Virus record (IMG/VR): IMGVR_UViG_3300008459_007659
Coordinates: 110,563-130,562 of that record
DNA length: 20,000 bases
Reading direction: 5' to 3' (one strand)
DNA from: an uncultured virus (IMG/VR IMGVR_UViG_3300008459_007659)
Lineage: Duplodnaviria; Heunggongvirae; Uroviricota; Caudoviricetes
The translations under genes and the position numbers were made by a program. The notes under the pieces were generated by a model, which saw only the letters and a list, made by a program, of their open reading frames with translations, did not search any database and had not been told where the DNA came from. Shown piece by piece: positions 1 through 8,562 of this stretch. How positions within the stretch are numbered: the first letter of the stretch is position 1; every line of letters starts with the position of its first letter.

Positions 1-1
1 G

Positions 2-1621
2 TTGAGATTGATTGGTGCTCCTGATGCCATTACCGAATTTAATGAATATGTGTATGTTGCTGATCAGAGAATAAATTTAACTCAATTTGGGGAACAATAT
101 ACTCAAATATCGGGAGGTACATATGTACAGGATATACCTGTATTGGATACTACCGACATATATTCAATTATGGGTGTTCAGTATACGGGATTCACAACAA
201 ATACTGTAACTCAAGATATTACAGTAACCAAAGTTGATTACCCTATAGATAGTTTTGGTTATCCAAGTATGCCTGTAGACAGTGATAATTTCTTCTTCCA
301 AATTGGGGGAGGATGGATAGAATCTACACCACAACATAGAATGCCGGCACAAGTTGATTTGACGACTAGTGTATTTACAGGTGCAAACCCAAATTATCAA
401 ACAACTTTACAACCATTCAATTACGGGGAAGAATATTTACAGAGATTTAAACAATTTCCATATATGGATTTAGGTTTTAAATTACGAAAAACTGCGGATA
501 ATAAAAAAAGTTGGGTGGTAAATAATGAAATTATTAGGAGAAGTACTGATGGTGGATTTACAGCTTATTACCCTACTGATGATGATAGATTAGTGTTGAA
601 TGTTAAAAATATTGACATTTTTATGAATCCAGCTCAGGGACTTGTTTACGATGTTTGGAATATGTCACGACAATATAATTACCCAATACCTGAAGAAGGA
701 TTGAATTATATTGCACCAACATACTGTAACCCAAATCCTAACACACCATACCCACAAAGAGGGGGAATAGATTGGACTGAAATTATACCAAAACCAAAAC
801 AAAAAACATTTTTTGAATTTGCTCAAAGTTTTTGGCATAACACAATTAATGTTAGAAATAGACAATTTATTACTGATGGAAAGACGGGAGGTTATCCGAC
901 ACTTCAGTCAATTTATTGGAAATATCTTGAATCACTAGAATTGGCGGGAATTAAAAACGACAATTTTACTTATCAGACAATGATAGATTATGTAAATGGT
1001 ATTGGGGATTATTGGATTAGATTAATTGAACAAATGGTTCCGGCAACAACAATATGGAATGCCGGTACAAAGTACGAAAATTCAATATTCCACAGGCAAA
1101 AATATGTGTGGAGAAGACAGATGGGTTGTCAATTAGTACTTGTACCTTGTAACCCATGTACATTAGTGGGGCAATTATTTACCTACGATTGTCCAATCCA
1201 AACGGTAAGTTGTTCAGTGTATCCTTGGGATACAAATCCTTATATTAATTCATTTGGTAATGTTCTTGGTGATATGTTAAATGGTTATCTATCATCAAAC
1301 GGTTTAACATTTGGTGATTGTGATATGAATACGTTACAAACTACTTGGTATGTGAATGTTAAATTTAATGGAAATGATATTATTAACTACCCATTCTTCA
1401 ATGGGGTTGGATATAATAACCCATTATCTGTACCAAGCGGACAAACTTGGGTTGATGCAATACAAACAAGTTTTGTTGATTTACAAACATATGGGTTAAG
1501 TTATTATTTAAATGATGATGAAACAAGTTTTACTGTATTTAATAGTACTTGTATCCCATTAAGCGTAGTTCAAAGTTTTGAACTTAATGTTGGAATAAAT
1601 TTTAATTTACTATGTAACTAA
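2..1621 (+). CDS. 5'-truncated putative virion structural protein (possible baseplate wedge-like protein)
   Basis: Frame is open from the window edge (LRLIGAP...), so the listed start is not the true start. Stop TAA overlaps the next ATG (TAATG). 'YWIRLIEQMVPATT' is loosely reminiscent of baseplate wedge proteins. Sits in a structural gene context and has a Cys-containing C-terminal domain shared with the next protein. Confidence 0.55.
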   Translation: MRLIGAPDAITEFNEYVYVADQRINLTQFGEQYTQISGGTYVQDIPVLDTTDIYSIMGVQYTGFTTNTVTQDITVTKVDYPIDSFGYPSMPVDSDNFFFQIGGGWIESTPQHRMPAQVDLTTSVFTGANPNYQTTLQPFNYGEEYLQRFKQFPYMDLGFKLRKTADNKKSWVVNNEIIRRSTDGGFTAYYPTDDDRLVLNVKNIDIFMNPAQGLVYDVWNMSRQYNYPIPEEGLNYIAPTYCNPNPNTPYPQRGGIDWTEIIPKPKQKTFFEFAQSFWHNTINVRNRQFITDGKTGGYPTLQSIYWKYLESLELAGIKNDNFTYQTMIDYVNGIGDYWIRLIEQMVPATTIWNAGTKYENSIFHRQKYVWRRQMGCQLVLVPCNPCTLVGQLFTYDCPIQTVSCSVYPWDTNPYINSFGNVLGDMLNGYLSSNGLTFGDCDMNTLQTTWYVNVKFNGNDIINYPFFNGVGYNNPLSVPSGQTWVDAIQTSFVDLQTYGLSYYLNDDETSFTVFNSTCIPLSVVQSFELNVGINFNLLCN

Positions 1622-3882
1622 TGAGTTGTGGTTTACCATATGTGTATAATTATTTTGTAAGCGGAGATTGCTCTAATATAGGTGCTGGAGTAGTATCATT
1701 TGATATTACAGGAAGTACCGCTCCTCCATATTCTGTAATGGAATTAACCACATCAGGTTTGTTACCGACTTCTGCGTCTACTACTTCATATTATTTTAGT
1801 GGTTTAACTGGTGGTTCATATAGTTTGGAAATTACGGATTCTTGTTTAAGTCCAGGACCTTCATCCGCAATAATAAATTTTAATATATCTACAGGTAGTT
1901 GTTTATCAATATCGTCAACAACAAATACAACTTGTGGTAATAATAACGGATCTTTAACCTCAACATTCTCAGTTGATTATGGGGGTGGAGAAGTTTTTCT
2001 ATATGAAACAACAAATGGGTATCAATCAAGTGGTGCAACAACCCTTGGTAGTTATACTTTTAATTCATTATCAGGTGGTACATATTATGTTATCGGAAAT
2101 GATGGAGGTGGATGTACTGGGAAAAGTGAAAGTTGTATTGTAAAATCCTCAACAACGGTTGATTTTGGTGTTTATGTTATAAATGATGGTAGTTGTGTTG
2201 CACTTGATGGAAGTGGGAAGATAATTGTTACAGGACAGACGGGAACATCACCATATACATATAGTTGGAGTAGTAATGCGAATGGACAAACAGGTTCTAC
2301 AGTTACAGGATTAACGAGCGGTGTTTATAGTGTGACTATGACGGATTCGTTAGGATGTTCAAAAACACTAACAAATATTACGGTGAACCAAGTGTTACCT
2401 GTTGGTATTGTTAATTTTACTATTGTGTCACCAAGTTGTTTCTCAAATGACGGGGAGGTTACAGTCCAACTTACAGGAGGGACATCACCTTTCTATTATT
2501 CAGGATCAAATGGTAGTGTCGCAATTTCATTCTCAGATAGTTATACATTTACGGGGTTATCTTCAGGTGATTTTACTGTTAATGTTACCGATGCTGGATT
2601 ATGTACTAGCTCACAAACAACAACATTATTAACACCTAACGGATTCTCAATTCTTAATCTTAGTACGGTTAATTCAAATTGTAATAATAGTGACGGACAA
2701 ATTTTTATTGAATTAAATGGTGGTTCTAATGTTGGTACATATGTTTACACTTTAATAAATTCTTTAGGTAATACTGTATCTACATCAACTGAAGGTAATA
2801 ATTATCATTCGCCACCATTATCATCGGATACATATACTATTTTGATTAGTGGAGGTTCTTGTGTATTTACCGCAACAACAATAATAAATAATACTAATTT
2901 ATATACAATTACCGCAAATACCACAGGTACAACTTGTGGTTTTAATAATGGGACAATACAGATTTTAGCGTCAAGTGGGGGTACACTACCATATACCTAT
3001 CAAATCACCGGATTTCCACCTGGACCCGTATCAACATTTAGTAATTTATCTCCAGGATTTTATGATGTAACTGTAACGGATTCAGGAGGTTGTCAACAAA
3101 TTGAAACGGTATATATTACAGGATCGTCTCCAGTGTATTTTGATTTTTTTGCTACACAACCTATAAGTGGGAATGATGGAGAACTTGATGTATTAATAAC
3201 AAGTGGGGAGCCACCGTTTATTTTAAATTGGAGTTCTAATGTTAATGGACAAACAGGAACTACCGTGACTGGTTTAACTGCGGGAACATATTCATTAGAG
3301 GTAATTGATGATAATGGATGTGCATTAATTAAAACGATTGAATTATTTGGAACAGTACTATATAGTAGTTATCAAACATATAGAGTATGTTCTAATAATT
3401 TCCAAAATAGTGGTACTCTTGGTAGAAGAGGTATACAACAAATGTTAAATGAAGGTTTCTTTGATTTAACATCGGGAGATACTAATTGTATATTAAATTC
3501 TGCTATTTTTACGCTTGATGTGACAGTAAATGGTGTTAATTCTCAAACCGTATTTTATACATCAACAGGACTTGATGATTACCCAACAGATGAGGAATGG
3601 GTTAATGAAATTAAAACTTCTTTATATGGTTTTTCGGGAATTACTTCGGTTGAAACCAATATTGAAACTAATAAAATAATAATTAAGAGTGGTTGTTTAA
3701 CTGGAGGCACAACTTGTCAACCTACGGTAACAACACAATTGGATGACACAAGAGTAATAATTAATTTGTTAATAGATTATGACATATCTTGTGTGGAATG
3801 TGGAGTATATCAAAAAGTTTTCCAAGACGACTTTGAGTTTGTATTCCAAGATGATAATAGTTATATATTCCAAGGACAGTAA
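1621..3882 (+). CDS. Virion-associated protein with tandem SprB-like beta-sandwich repeats and a C-terminal FQD tag
   Basis: 753 aa. Repeated C..DG.(I/V)...TGGT.P(Y/F).YSW......TGL..G.Y.V.VTD..GC pattern typical of SprB repeats. No signal peptide or T9SS C-terminal domain is apparent. Coupled to both neighbours by TAATG overlaps. Confidence 0.7.
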   Translation: MSCGLPYVYNYFVSGDCSNIGAGVVSFDITGSTAPPYSVMELTTSGLLPTSASTTSYYFSGLTGGSYSLEITDSCLSPGPSSAIINFNISTGSCLSISSTTNTTCGNNNGSLTSTFSVDYGGGEVFLYETTNGYQSSGATTLGSYTFNSLSGGTYYVIGNDGGGCTGKSESCIVKSSTTVDFGVYVINDGSCVALDGSGKIIVTGQTGTSPYTYSWSSNANGQTGSTVTGLTSGVYSVTMTDSLGCSKTLTNITVNQVLPVGIVNFTIVSPSCFSNDGEVTVQLTGGTSPFYYSGSNGSVAISFSDSYTFTGLSSGDFTVNVTDAGLCTSSQTTTLLTPNGFSILNLSTVNSNCNNSDGQIFIELNGGSNVGTYVYTLINSLGNTVSTSTEGNNYHSPPLSSDTYTILISGGSCVFTATTIINNTNLYTITANTTGTTCGFNNGTIQILASSGGTLPYTYQITGFPPGPVSTFSNLSPGFYDVTVTDSGGCQQIETVYITGSSPVYFDFFATQPISGNDGELDVLITSGEPPFILNWSSNVNGQTGTTVTGLTAGTYSLEVIDDNGCALIKTIELFGTVLYSSYQTYRVCSNNFQNSGTLGRRGIQQMLNEGFFDLTSGDTNCILNSAIFTLDVTVNGVNSQTVFYTSTGLDDYPTDEEWVNEIKTSLYGFSGITSVETNIETNKIIIKSGCLTGGTTCQPTVTTQLDDTRVIINLLIDYDISCVECGVYQKVFQDDFEFVFQDDNSYIFQGQ

Positions 3883-4184
3883 TGACACAATTGGTGATAA
3901 GTAATGTTACAGGATTAACAATACCATATCAAATATATGTTTGTGATGTTTATGGTAATAATTGTACAATAGTTGCAACTGTAAATACTGTAATTCCACC
4001 AATGGTTACAATTACATTACCATCACAATTTAATATGTCACCAGCAATAGGAGTATTAGTAAAAGATTTATATTGTGAAAGATTTATTGTTTTAAATTGC
4101 GTTAATTTACCACCTGTAGGAAAACAATTCCAAGACGGAGATTACTTCTTCTTTATGGATTATAGCATTTATCAGTTCCAATAA
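3882..4184 (+). CDS. Small Ig-like/beta-sandwich protein with C-terminal FQD tag (putative fibre adaptor)
   Basis: 100 aa, TAATG-coupled. The first ~75 aa are paralogous to the 15992..16213 protein (YVCD....C..V.T motif). It ends KQFQDGDYFFFMDYSIYQFQ. Confidence 0.65.
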   Translation: MTQLVISNVTGLTIPYQIYVCDVYGNNCTIVATVNTVIPPMVTITLPSQFNMSPAIGVLVKDLYCERFIVLNCVNLPPVGKQFQDGDYFFFMDYSIYQFQ

Positions 4185-4196
4185 TGAATTAAAGTG

Positions 4197-4204
4197 TATT
4201 TATA
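4197..4204 (+). promoter_or_regulatory. TATTTATA motif, putative late promoter
   Basis: Lies 14 nt upstream of ATG 4219. The same motif precedes the genes at 8563, 10104, 11724 and (as TATTTATC) the minus-strand gene at 16213. Confidence 0.55.
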
Positions 4205-4218
4205 TATAAAAAAGAATA

Positions 4219-7200
4219 ATGGCATTTTTAACGGATCAAATACCAGCAACCGGGGTTAATTTAACTGATTTATTTCACATAGTGGATCCTAATGATTTAT
4301 CACAAGGTAATCCTGCTGGATCATCATATAAAGCGTGTTTTCAGCAAGTACTTGGAGCATTAACGGGTGGAACATCTGTTATGATAGTTGGTTCTGGAAT
4401 TGGTTCGGTTGAAAGATGTGGTAATAATAATGATGCAAGTGGGAACTACTCCACTGTAAGTGGTGGTAGAGTAAATACATCAAGTTGTAATTGGTCAACT
4501 GTAAGTGGGGGGTATTGTAACACATCAAGTGGGTGTTATTCGACAGTAGGTGGCGGACAACAAAATGGTTCAACATCTAATAATTCAACTGTAAGTGGCG
4601 GGTATTGTAATACAATCTTAACAGGAGCAACAAACTCAACTATAGGTGGAGGGAACTCCAATACAATACTAATAGGATCAACTTTAACAACGATTGGTGG
4701 TGGTGGTTTGAATACATCAAGCGGTTCTAGATCAACCGTAAGTGGTGGTGTTGGTAACACATCAAGTGGTGGTGGATCAACAGTTGGTGGTGGTCAAAGT
4801 AACGAATCAAATGGGGCTAACTCAACCGTAAGTGGAGGTTATTATAATACATCAAGTGGTGACTGGTCAACAATTGGCGGTGGTAGTGGGAATACATCAA
4901 GTAATTATTTTTCAACAATTGGCGGTGGTAGAAGTAACACATCAAGTGGGTGTTACTCAACCGTTGGTGGTGGTAAATGTAACACATCATCAGGTACTTA
5001 TTACTCAACTATAAGTGGAGGATATCGTAATACATCAATTGGTAGTGAATCAACCATAGGTGGGGGGCGTTTTAATACCTCAAGCGGTTACTATTCAACT
5101 ATAAGTGGAGGACGTTGTAACTCATCAATTGGTGCGGATTCAACCATAAGTGGTGGTCTTAGTAACAAAACAAATAGTGACACATCAACCATAGGTGGTG
5201 GGTGTAATAATACAATATTAACTGGTTCAACAAGTTCATCAATTGGTGGTGGTGAATGTAATACAATCTTAACAGGATCAACAAGTTCATCAATTGGTGG
5301 TGGTGAATGTAATACAATCTTAACAGGATCAACACATTCAACAATTGGAGGGGGTGTGAGTAATACTTCAAGCGATTATTATTCAACCGTAGGTGGTGGT
5401 GCAAACAACACTTCAAGTGGAGGTAGATCAACCATAAGTGGGGGAGCAAGTAGTACATCAAGTGGATATTATTCAACCGTAGGTGGTGGTAGATGTAATA
5501 GATCGTTAGGGGATTCTACAACCGTAGGTGGTGGTCAATTTAATAGGGCGTGTGGTCAAATATCAACAATAAGTGGGGGGCGAGCAAATATTTCGTGTGG
5601 AACATATAGTTCAGTCGGTGGTGGAAACGCTAATACGTCAAGTAGTTATGCATCAACTGTTGGAGGTGGATTCAGTAACACATCTTATGGTGTGTGTTCA
5701 ACAGTAAGTGGTGGTCGTCAAAATACATCGGTTGGTGATACCTCAACGGTAAGTGGGGGTATAGGTAATACATCATTAGGAGCGTGCTCAGTAATTGGTG
5801 GGGGTGTTTGTAATACAAATATGTCTACGGGTGGTTTTATAGGATCAGGTTGTGGAAATACTTCGTGTGATGTTTATAGTTTAGTAGTTGGAGGTTATTT
5901 TAATAAAGTTAACGGTAAAGCTTCAACAGTTAGTGGAGGTTATTGTAATACAATATTAGCTGGAGCAACAAGTTCAACCATTGGTGGTGGACAACAAAAT
6001 ACAATATTAGCATCAGCAGCAAACTCAACCATTGGTGGAGGTAGTGGTAACACAATAAGTAGTTTTTCATCAGTCGTAGTAGGTGGATGTTTAAACACGT
6101 CAAGTGGGGGATACTCATTTATCGGTGGTGGTAGAAGAAATGTGTCAATCGGTTTTATATCAACCGTAAGTGGAGGTTATTGTAACACATCAATCGGAGA
6201 TTGCTCAACCGTAGGTGGTGGTAGAGGTAACACATCAAGTGGGTGTTATTCAACCGTTGGTGGGGGAACGCAAAATAAAAGTAATGGTGTAGTATCAACA
6301 ATAAGTGGGGGTAGAACTAATACCGCATCAAATTATTTTACATTTATTGGTGGAGGTAGAGGTAACACATCAAGTGGGTGTTATTCGACAATAGGTGGTG
6401 GATGTTTGAATCGATCTTTAGGTGTTGGATCAACAATAGGTGGTGGATTGCAAAATATAACAAGTGGTAATTGTTCGTCAATATTAGGAGGAATTAGTAA
6501 TACATCAAATTGTAATGGATCAACCGTAGGTGGTGGTTGTCGTAATACTGCATCAAATTATTTTTCGTTTGTTGGTGGAGGACTACAAAATACAAATAAT
6601 GGTGTTTGGGGTACCTTATCTGGAGGTATATGTAATAGACTTATAGGTAACGGAGCATCAATTGGTGGTGGTTCTAACAATACTGCTTGTGGAGATTATT
6701 CGGTAATAAGTGGTGGAATATCGGGAACTACAACGGCAAGTAATAATTTCATTGGTGGAGGAAGTAATAACACAACAACAGGAAACTACTCCTCAATTTT
6801 AGGTGGAGTATTTAACACCTCAATAGGAAATTATTCTTCAATTTTAGGAGGTTCAGGAAATACCGTAACACATAATTGTTCATCGGCTTTTGGTGTTGGT
6901 ATTACATCGGTTTCAGCGTGTACATTCCATACAAATTATTTAACATTACAAAATACACCAGATACTGATCCGTCAAATACAAATTTCTTGGTGAGAGATA
7001 CATCAACAGGTGTCGTTAAATCAAGAGATATTTCATTACCGTTGAATTATGCGACCTCCGCAATAACATCATCACAAACATTAACTTGGGATAAAAGTTA
7101 TTGGGGGGTTAGTGGTTCATCAAATGTTGATTTAACATTACCGACAACAACATCGAAAGATGGTTATTATTTATTGATAAAAGATGAAGCAGGAACTTCT

Positions 7201-7326
7201 GGTTCATACAGAATAAGATTAACGCCAGCATCAGGATTGATTGATGGTAATTCATATGTTGATATGAATATAAACTATATGTCTCTTACTGTTATGGTGA
7301 GAAACGGAAATTGGTATATAATATGA
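4219..7326 (+). CDS. Long fibre/adhesin-like protein: N-terminal anchor domain, 53 Gly-rich beta-roll-type repeats, C-terminal T4 gp9/gp10-like domain
   Basis: 1035 aa. 15-aa (some 16-17 aa) repeats STxxGGxxNTSSxxx resemble YadA-head-type trimeric beta-rolls. The C-terminal 'LTLP...G....IKDEAG....I......IDG......Y.SL......W.I' resembles gp9/gp10-like domains. Stop TGA overlaps the next ATG. Confidence 0.7.
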   Translation: MAFLTDQIPATGVNLTDLFHIVDPNDLSQGNPAGSSYKACFQQVLGALTGGTSVMIVGSGIGSVERCGNNNDASGNYSTVSGGRVNTSSCNWSTVSGGYCNTSSGCYSTVGGGQQNGSTSNNSTVSGGYCNTILTGATNSTIGGGNSNTILIGSTLTTIGGGGLNTSSGSRSTVSGGVGNTSSGGGSTVGGGQSNESNGANSTVSGGYYNTSSGDWSTIGGGSGNTSSNYFSTIGGGRSNTSSGCYSTVGGGKCNTSSGTYYSTISGGYRNTSIGSESTIGGGRFNTSSGYYSTISGGRCNSSIGADSTISGGLSNKTNSDTSTIGGGCNNTILTGSTSSSIGGGECNTILTGSTSSSIGGGECNTILTGSTHSTIGGGVSNTSSDYYSTVGGGANNTSSGGRSTISGGASSTSSGYYSTVGGGRCNRSLGDSTTVGGGQFNRACGQISTISGGRANISCGTYSSVGGGNANTSSSYASTVGGGFSNTSYGVCSTVSGGRQNTSVGDTSTVSGGIGNTSLGACSVIGGGVCNTNMSTGGFIGSGCGNTSCDVYSLVVGGYFNKVNGKASTVSGGYCNTILAGATSSTIGGGQQNTILASAANSTIGGGSGNTISSFSSVVVGGCLNTSSGGYSFIGGGRRNVSIGFISTVSGGYCNTSIGDCSTVGGGRGNTSSGCYSTVGGGTQNKSNGVVSTISGGRTNTASNYFTFIGGGRGNTSSGCYSTIGGGCLNRSLGVGSTIGGGLQNITSGNCSSILGGISNTSNCNGSTVGGGCRNTASNYFSFVGGGLQNTNNGVWGTLSGGICNRLIGNGASIGGGSNNTACGDYSVISGGISGTTTASNNFIGGGSNNTTTGNYSSILGGVFNTSIGNYSSILGGSGNTVTHNCSSAFGVGITSVSACTFHTNYLTLQNTPDTDPSNTNFLVRDTSTGVVKSRDISLPLNYATSAITSSQTLTWDKSYWGVSGSSNVDLTLPTTTSKDGYYLLIKDEAGTSGSYRIRLTPASGLIDGNSYVDMNINYMSLTVMVRNGNWYII
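4450..6879 (+). repeat. Coding tandem repeat array, ~45-bp (15-aa) units with 51-bp variants, 53 units
   Basis: Counted by hand from the translation. Recurrent nucleotide core tcaac..taagtggtgg...aa(c/t)acatcaagt. Confidence 0.9.
5227..5334 (+). repeat. Exact 51-bp tandem duplication (2 copies plus 6 bp)
   Basis: tcaacaagttcatcaattggtggtggtgaatgtaatacaatcttaacagga at 5227-5277 and 5278-5328, identical. Confidence 0.95.
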
Positions 7327-8543
7327 GTTTTATTTTTAATAATCAAGTATCTTATAGTGACAGTGCAAATTTAGATGCATTTGGTAGGTTAAGAACTGCC
7401 GCAGTCCAAAATTTATTGGACATTAAACACGTATACGATAAAAATCCATTACAAGTAAATGAGGTTACCGCAGGAACTGCAACGTCAATTTTTAATCAAC
7501 AATTTGCGAGAGTTAGAATGTCAACTGCGGCAAATAATGATTTAGTTATAAGACAATCAAAAACACACCCTATTTACCAACCAGGAAAAAGTCAATTATT
7601 CCAAGCAAGTTTCTCAAATTTTCAGTTAGAAACAAATGTCATAAAAAGGGTGGGAGGATTCACCTCAACAACGGCATCTACATATAATTCGGTTTTTGAT
7701 GGGTTCTTTTTAGAAAGTAATGGGGTAACAAACGAAATAAGTTTTCAAATATGGAGATCGGGAACTACGGTTTATAGTGCGGCAACAACCGTATGGAACA
7801 CTAATGAATTTAACCCAATAGGTTTAGATTGGTCTAACACTAATTTAATGTCAGTTGATTATCAATGGTTAGGTGTTGGTAGAATGAGATTTGGTTTGGA
7901 TTTAGATGGAATATTAATTTATTTTACCGAACATAATTGTGCTAATAACGAACCAAATGTTTATATGTCATCACCAAATCAACCAATAAGGTATGAAATA
8001 AGACAAGTTGGTGTTGGTTCAGGAAGTTTTGATATGATATGTTCACAAGTATCAACCGAAGGAGCATTAAACGGACTATATTCCACTGTAGGAGTTATAA
8101 ACTCAACCACTGCAGATTTAAATTCGTCAGGTACAAAATATCCATATATTGGTTATAGACTTAAACCAAGTTATAAATCAGTGACATCGCAATATAGTAG
8201 TTTGAGTATTTTAAATACCTCAAATGATAATTACTTAGTGACTATTGAATTTAATCCTACATTATCTGCAACTCCAAGTTGGACAGATATACCAAATTCA
8301 CCATTTCAATATTCAATATATAATGGGACTGTTACAACAACGATAACATCACCAGGTCACATTATGTCGTCTTTAATTGGTGAATCAGGATCATCAGCAC
8401 TTTCAACAATTAAAGTGGATGATAATCAAATTAGAGTTGGTTCTAATGTTGATGGAACACTTGATGAAATGTGGGTATGTATAACACCATTAAGTGCAAG
8501 TGCAACATTTTTGGGAACCGCAGAAGTATTATATTATTTATAA
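7323..8543 (+). CDS. 'DAFGRLR'-motif phage structural protein, probable beta-sandwich/lectin-like fibre-associated protein
   Basis: ATG 7323 overlaps the upstream TGA (ATGA) and is preferred over the TTG at 7311. The N-terminal LDAFGRLR and internal 'YQPGKSQ' and 'DYQWLGVGRMRFG' motifs recall a recurrent phage tail-region family. The lectin-like fold is inferred. Confidence 0.6.
   Translation: MSFIFNNQVSYSDSANLDAFGRLRTAAVQNLLDIKHVYDKNPLQVNEVTAGTATSIFNQQFARVRMSTAANNDLVIRQSKTHPIYQPGKSQLFQASFSNFQLETNVIKRVGGFTSTTASTYNSVFDGFFLESNGVTNEISFQIWRSGTTVYSAATTVWNTNEFNPIGLDWSNTNLMSVDYQWLGVGRMRFGLDLDGILIYFTEHNCANNEPNVYMSSPNQPIRYEIRQVGVGSGSFDMICSQVSTEGALNGLYSTVGVINSTTADLNSSGTKYPYIGYRLKPSYKSVTSQYSSLSILNTSNDNYLVTIEFNPTLSATPSWTDIPNSPFQYSIYNGTVTTTITSPGHIMSSLIGESGSSALSTIKVDDNQIRVGSNVDGTLDEMWVCITPLSASATFLGTAEVLYYL
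8535..8542 (+). promoter_or_regulatory. TATTTATA motif, putative late promoter
   Basis: Overlaps the last codons and stop of the upstream gene, 20 nt before ATG 8563. Confidence 0.45.
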
Positions 8544-8562
8544 AATAAAAATAGATTAAAAA

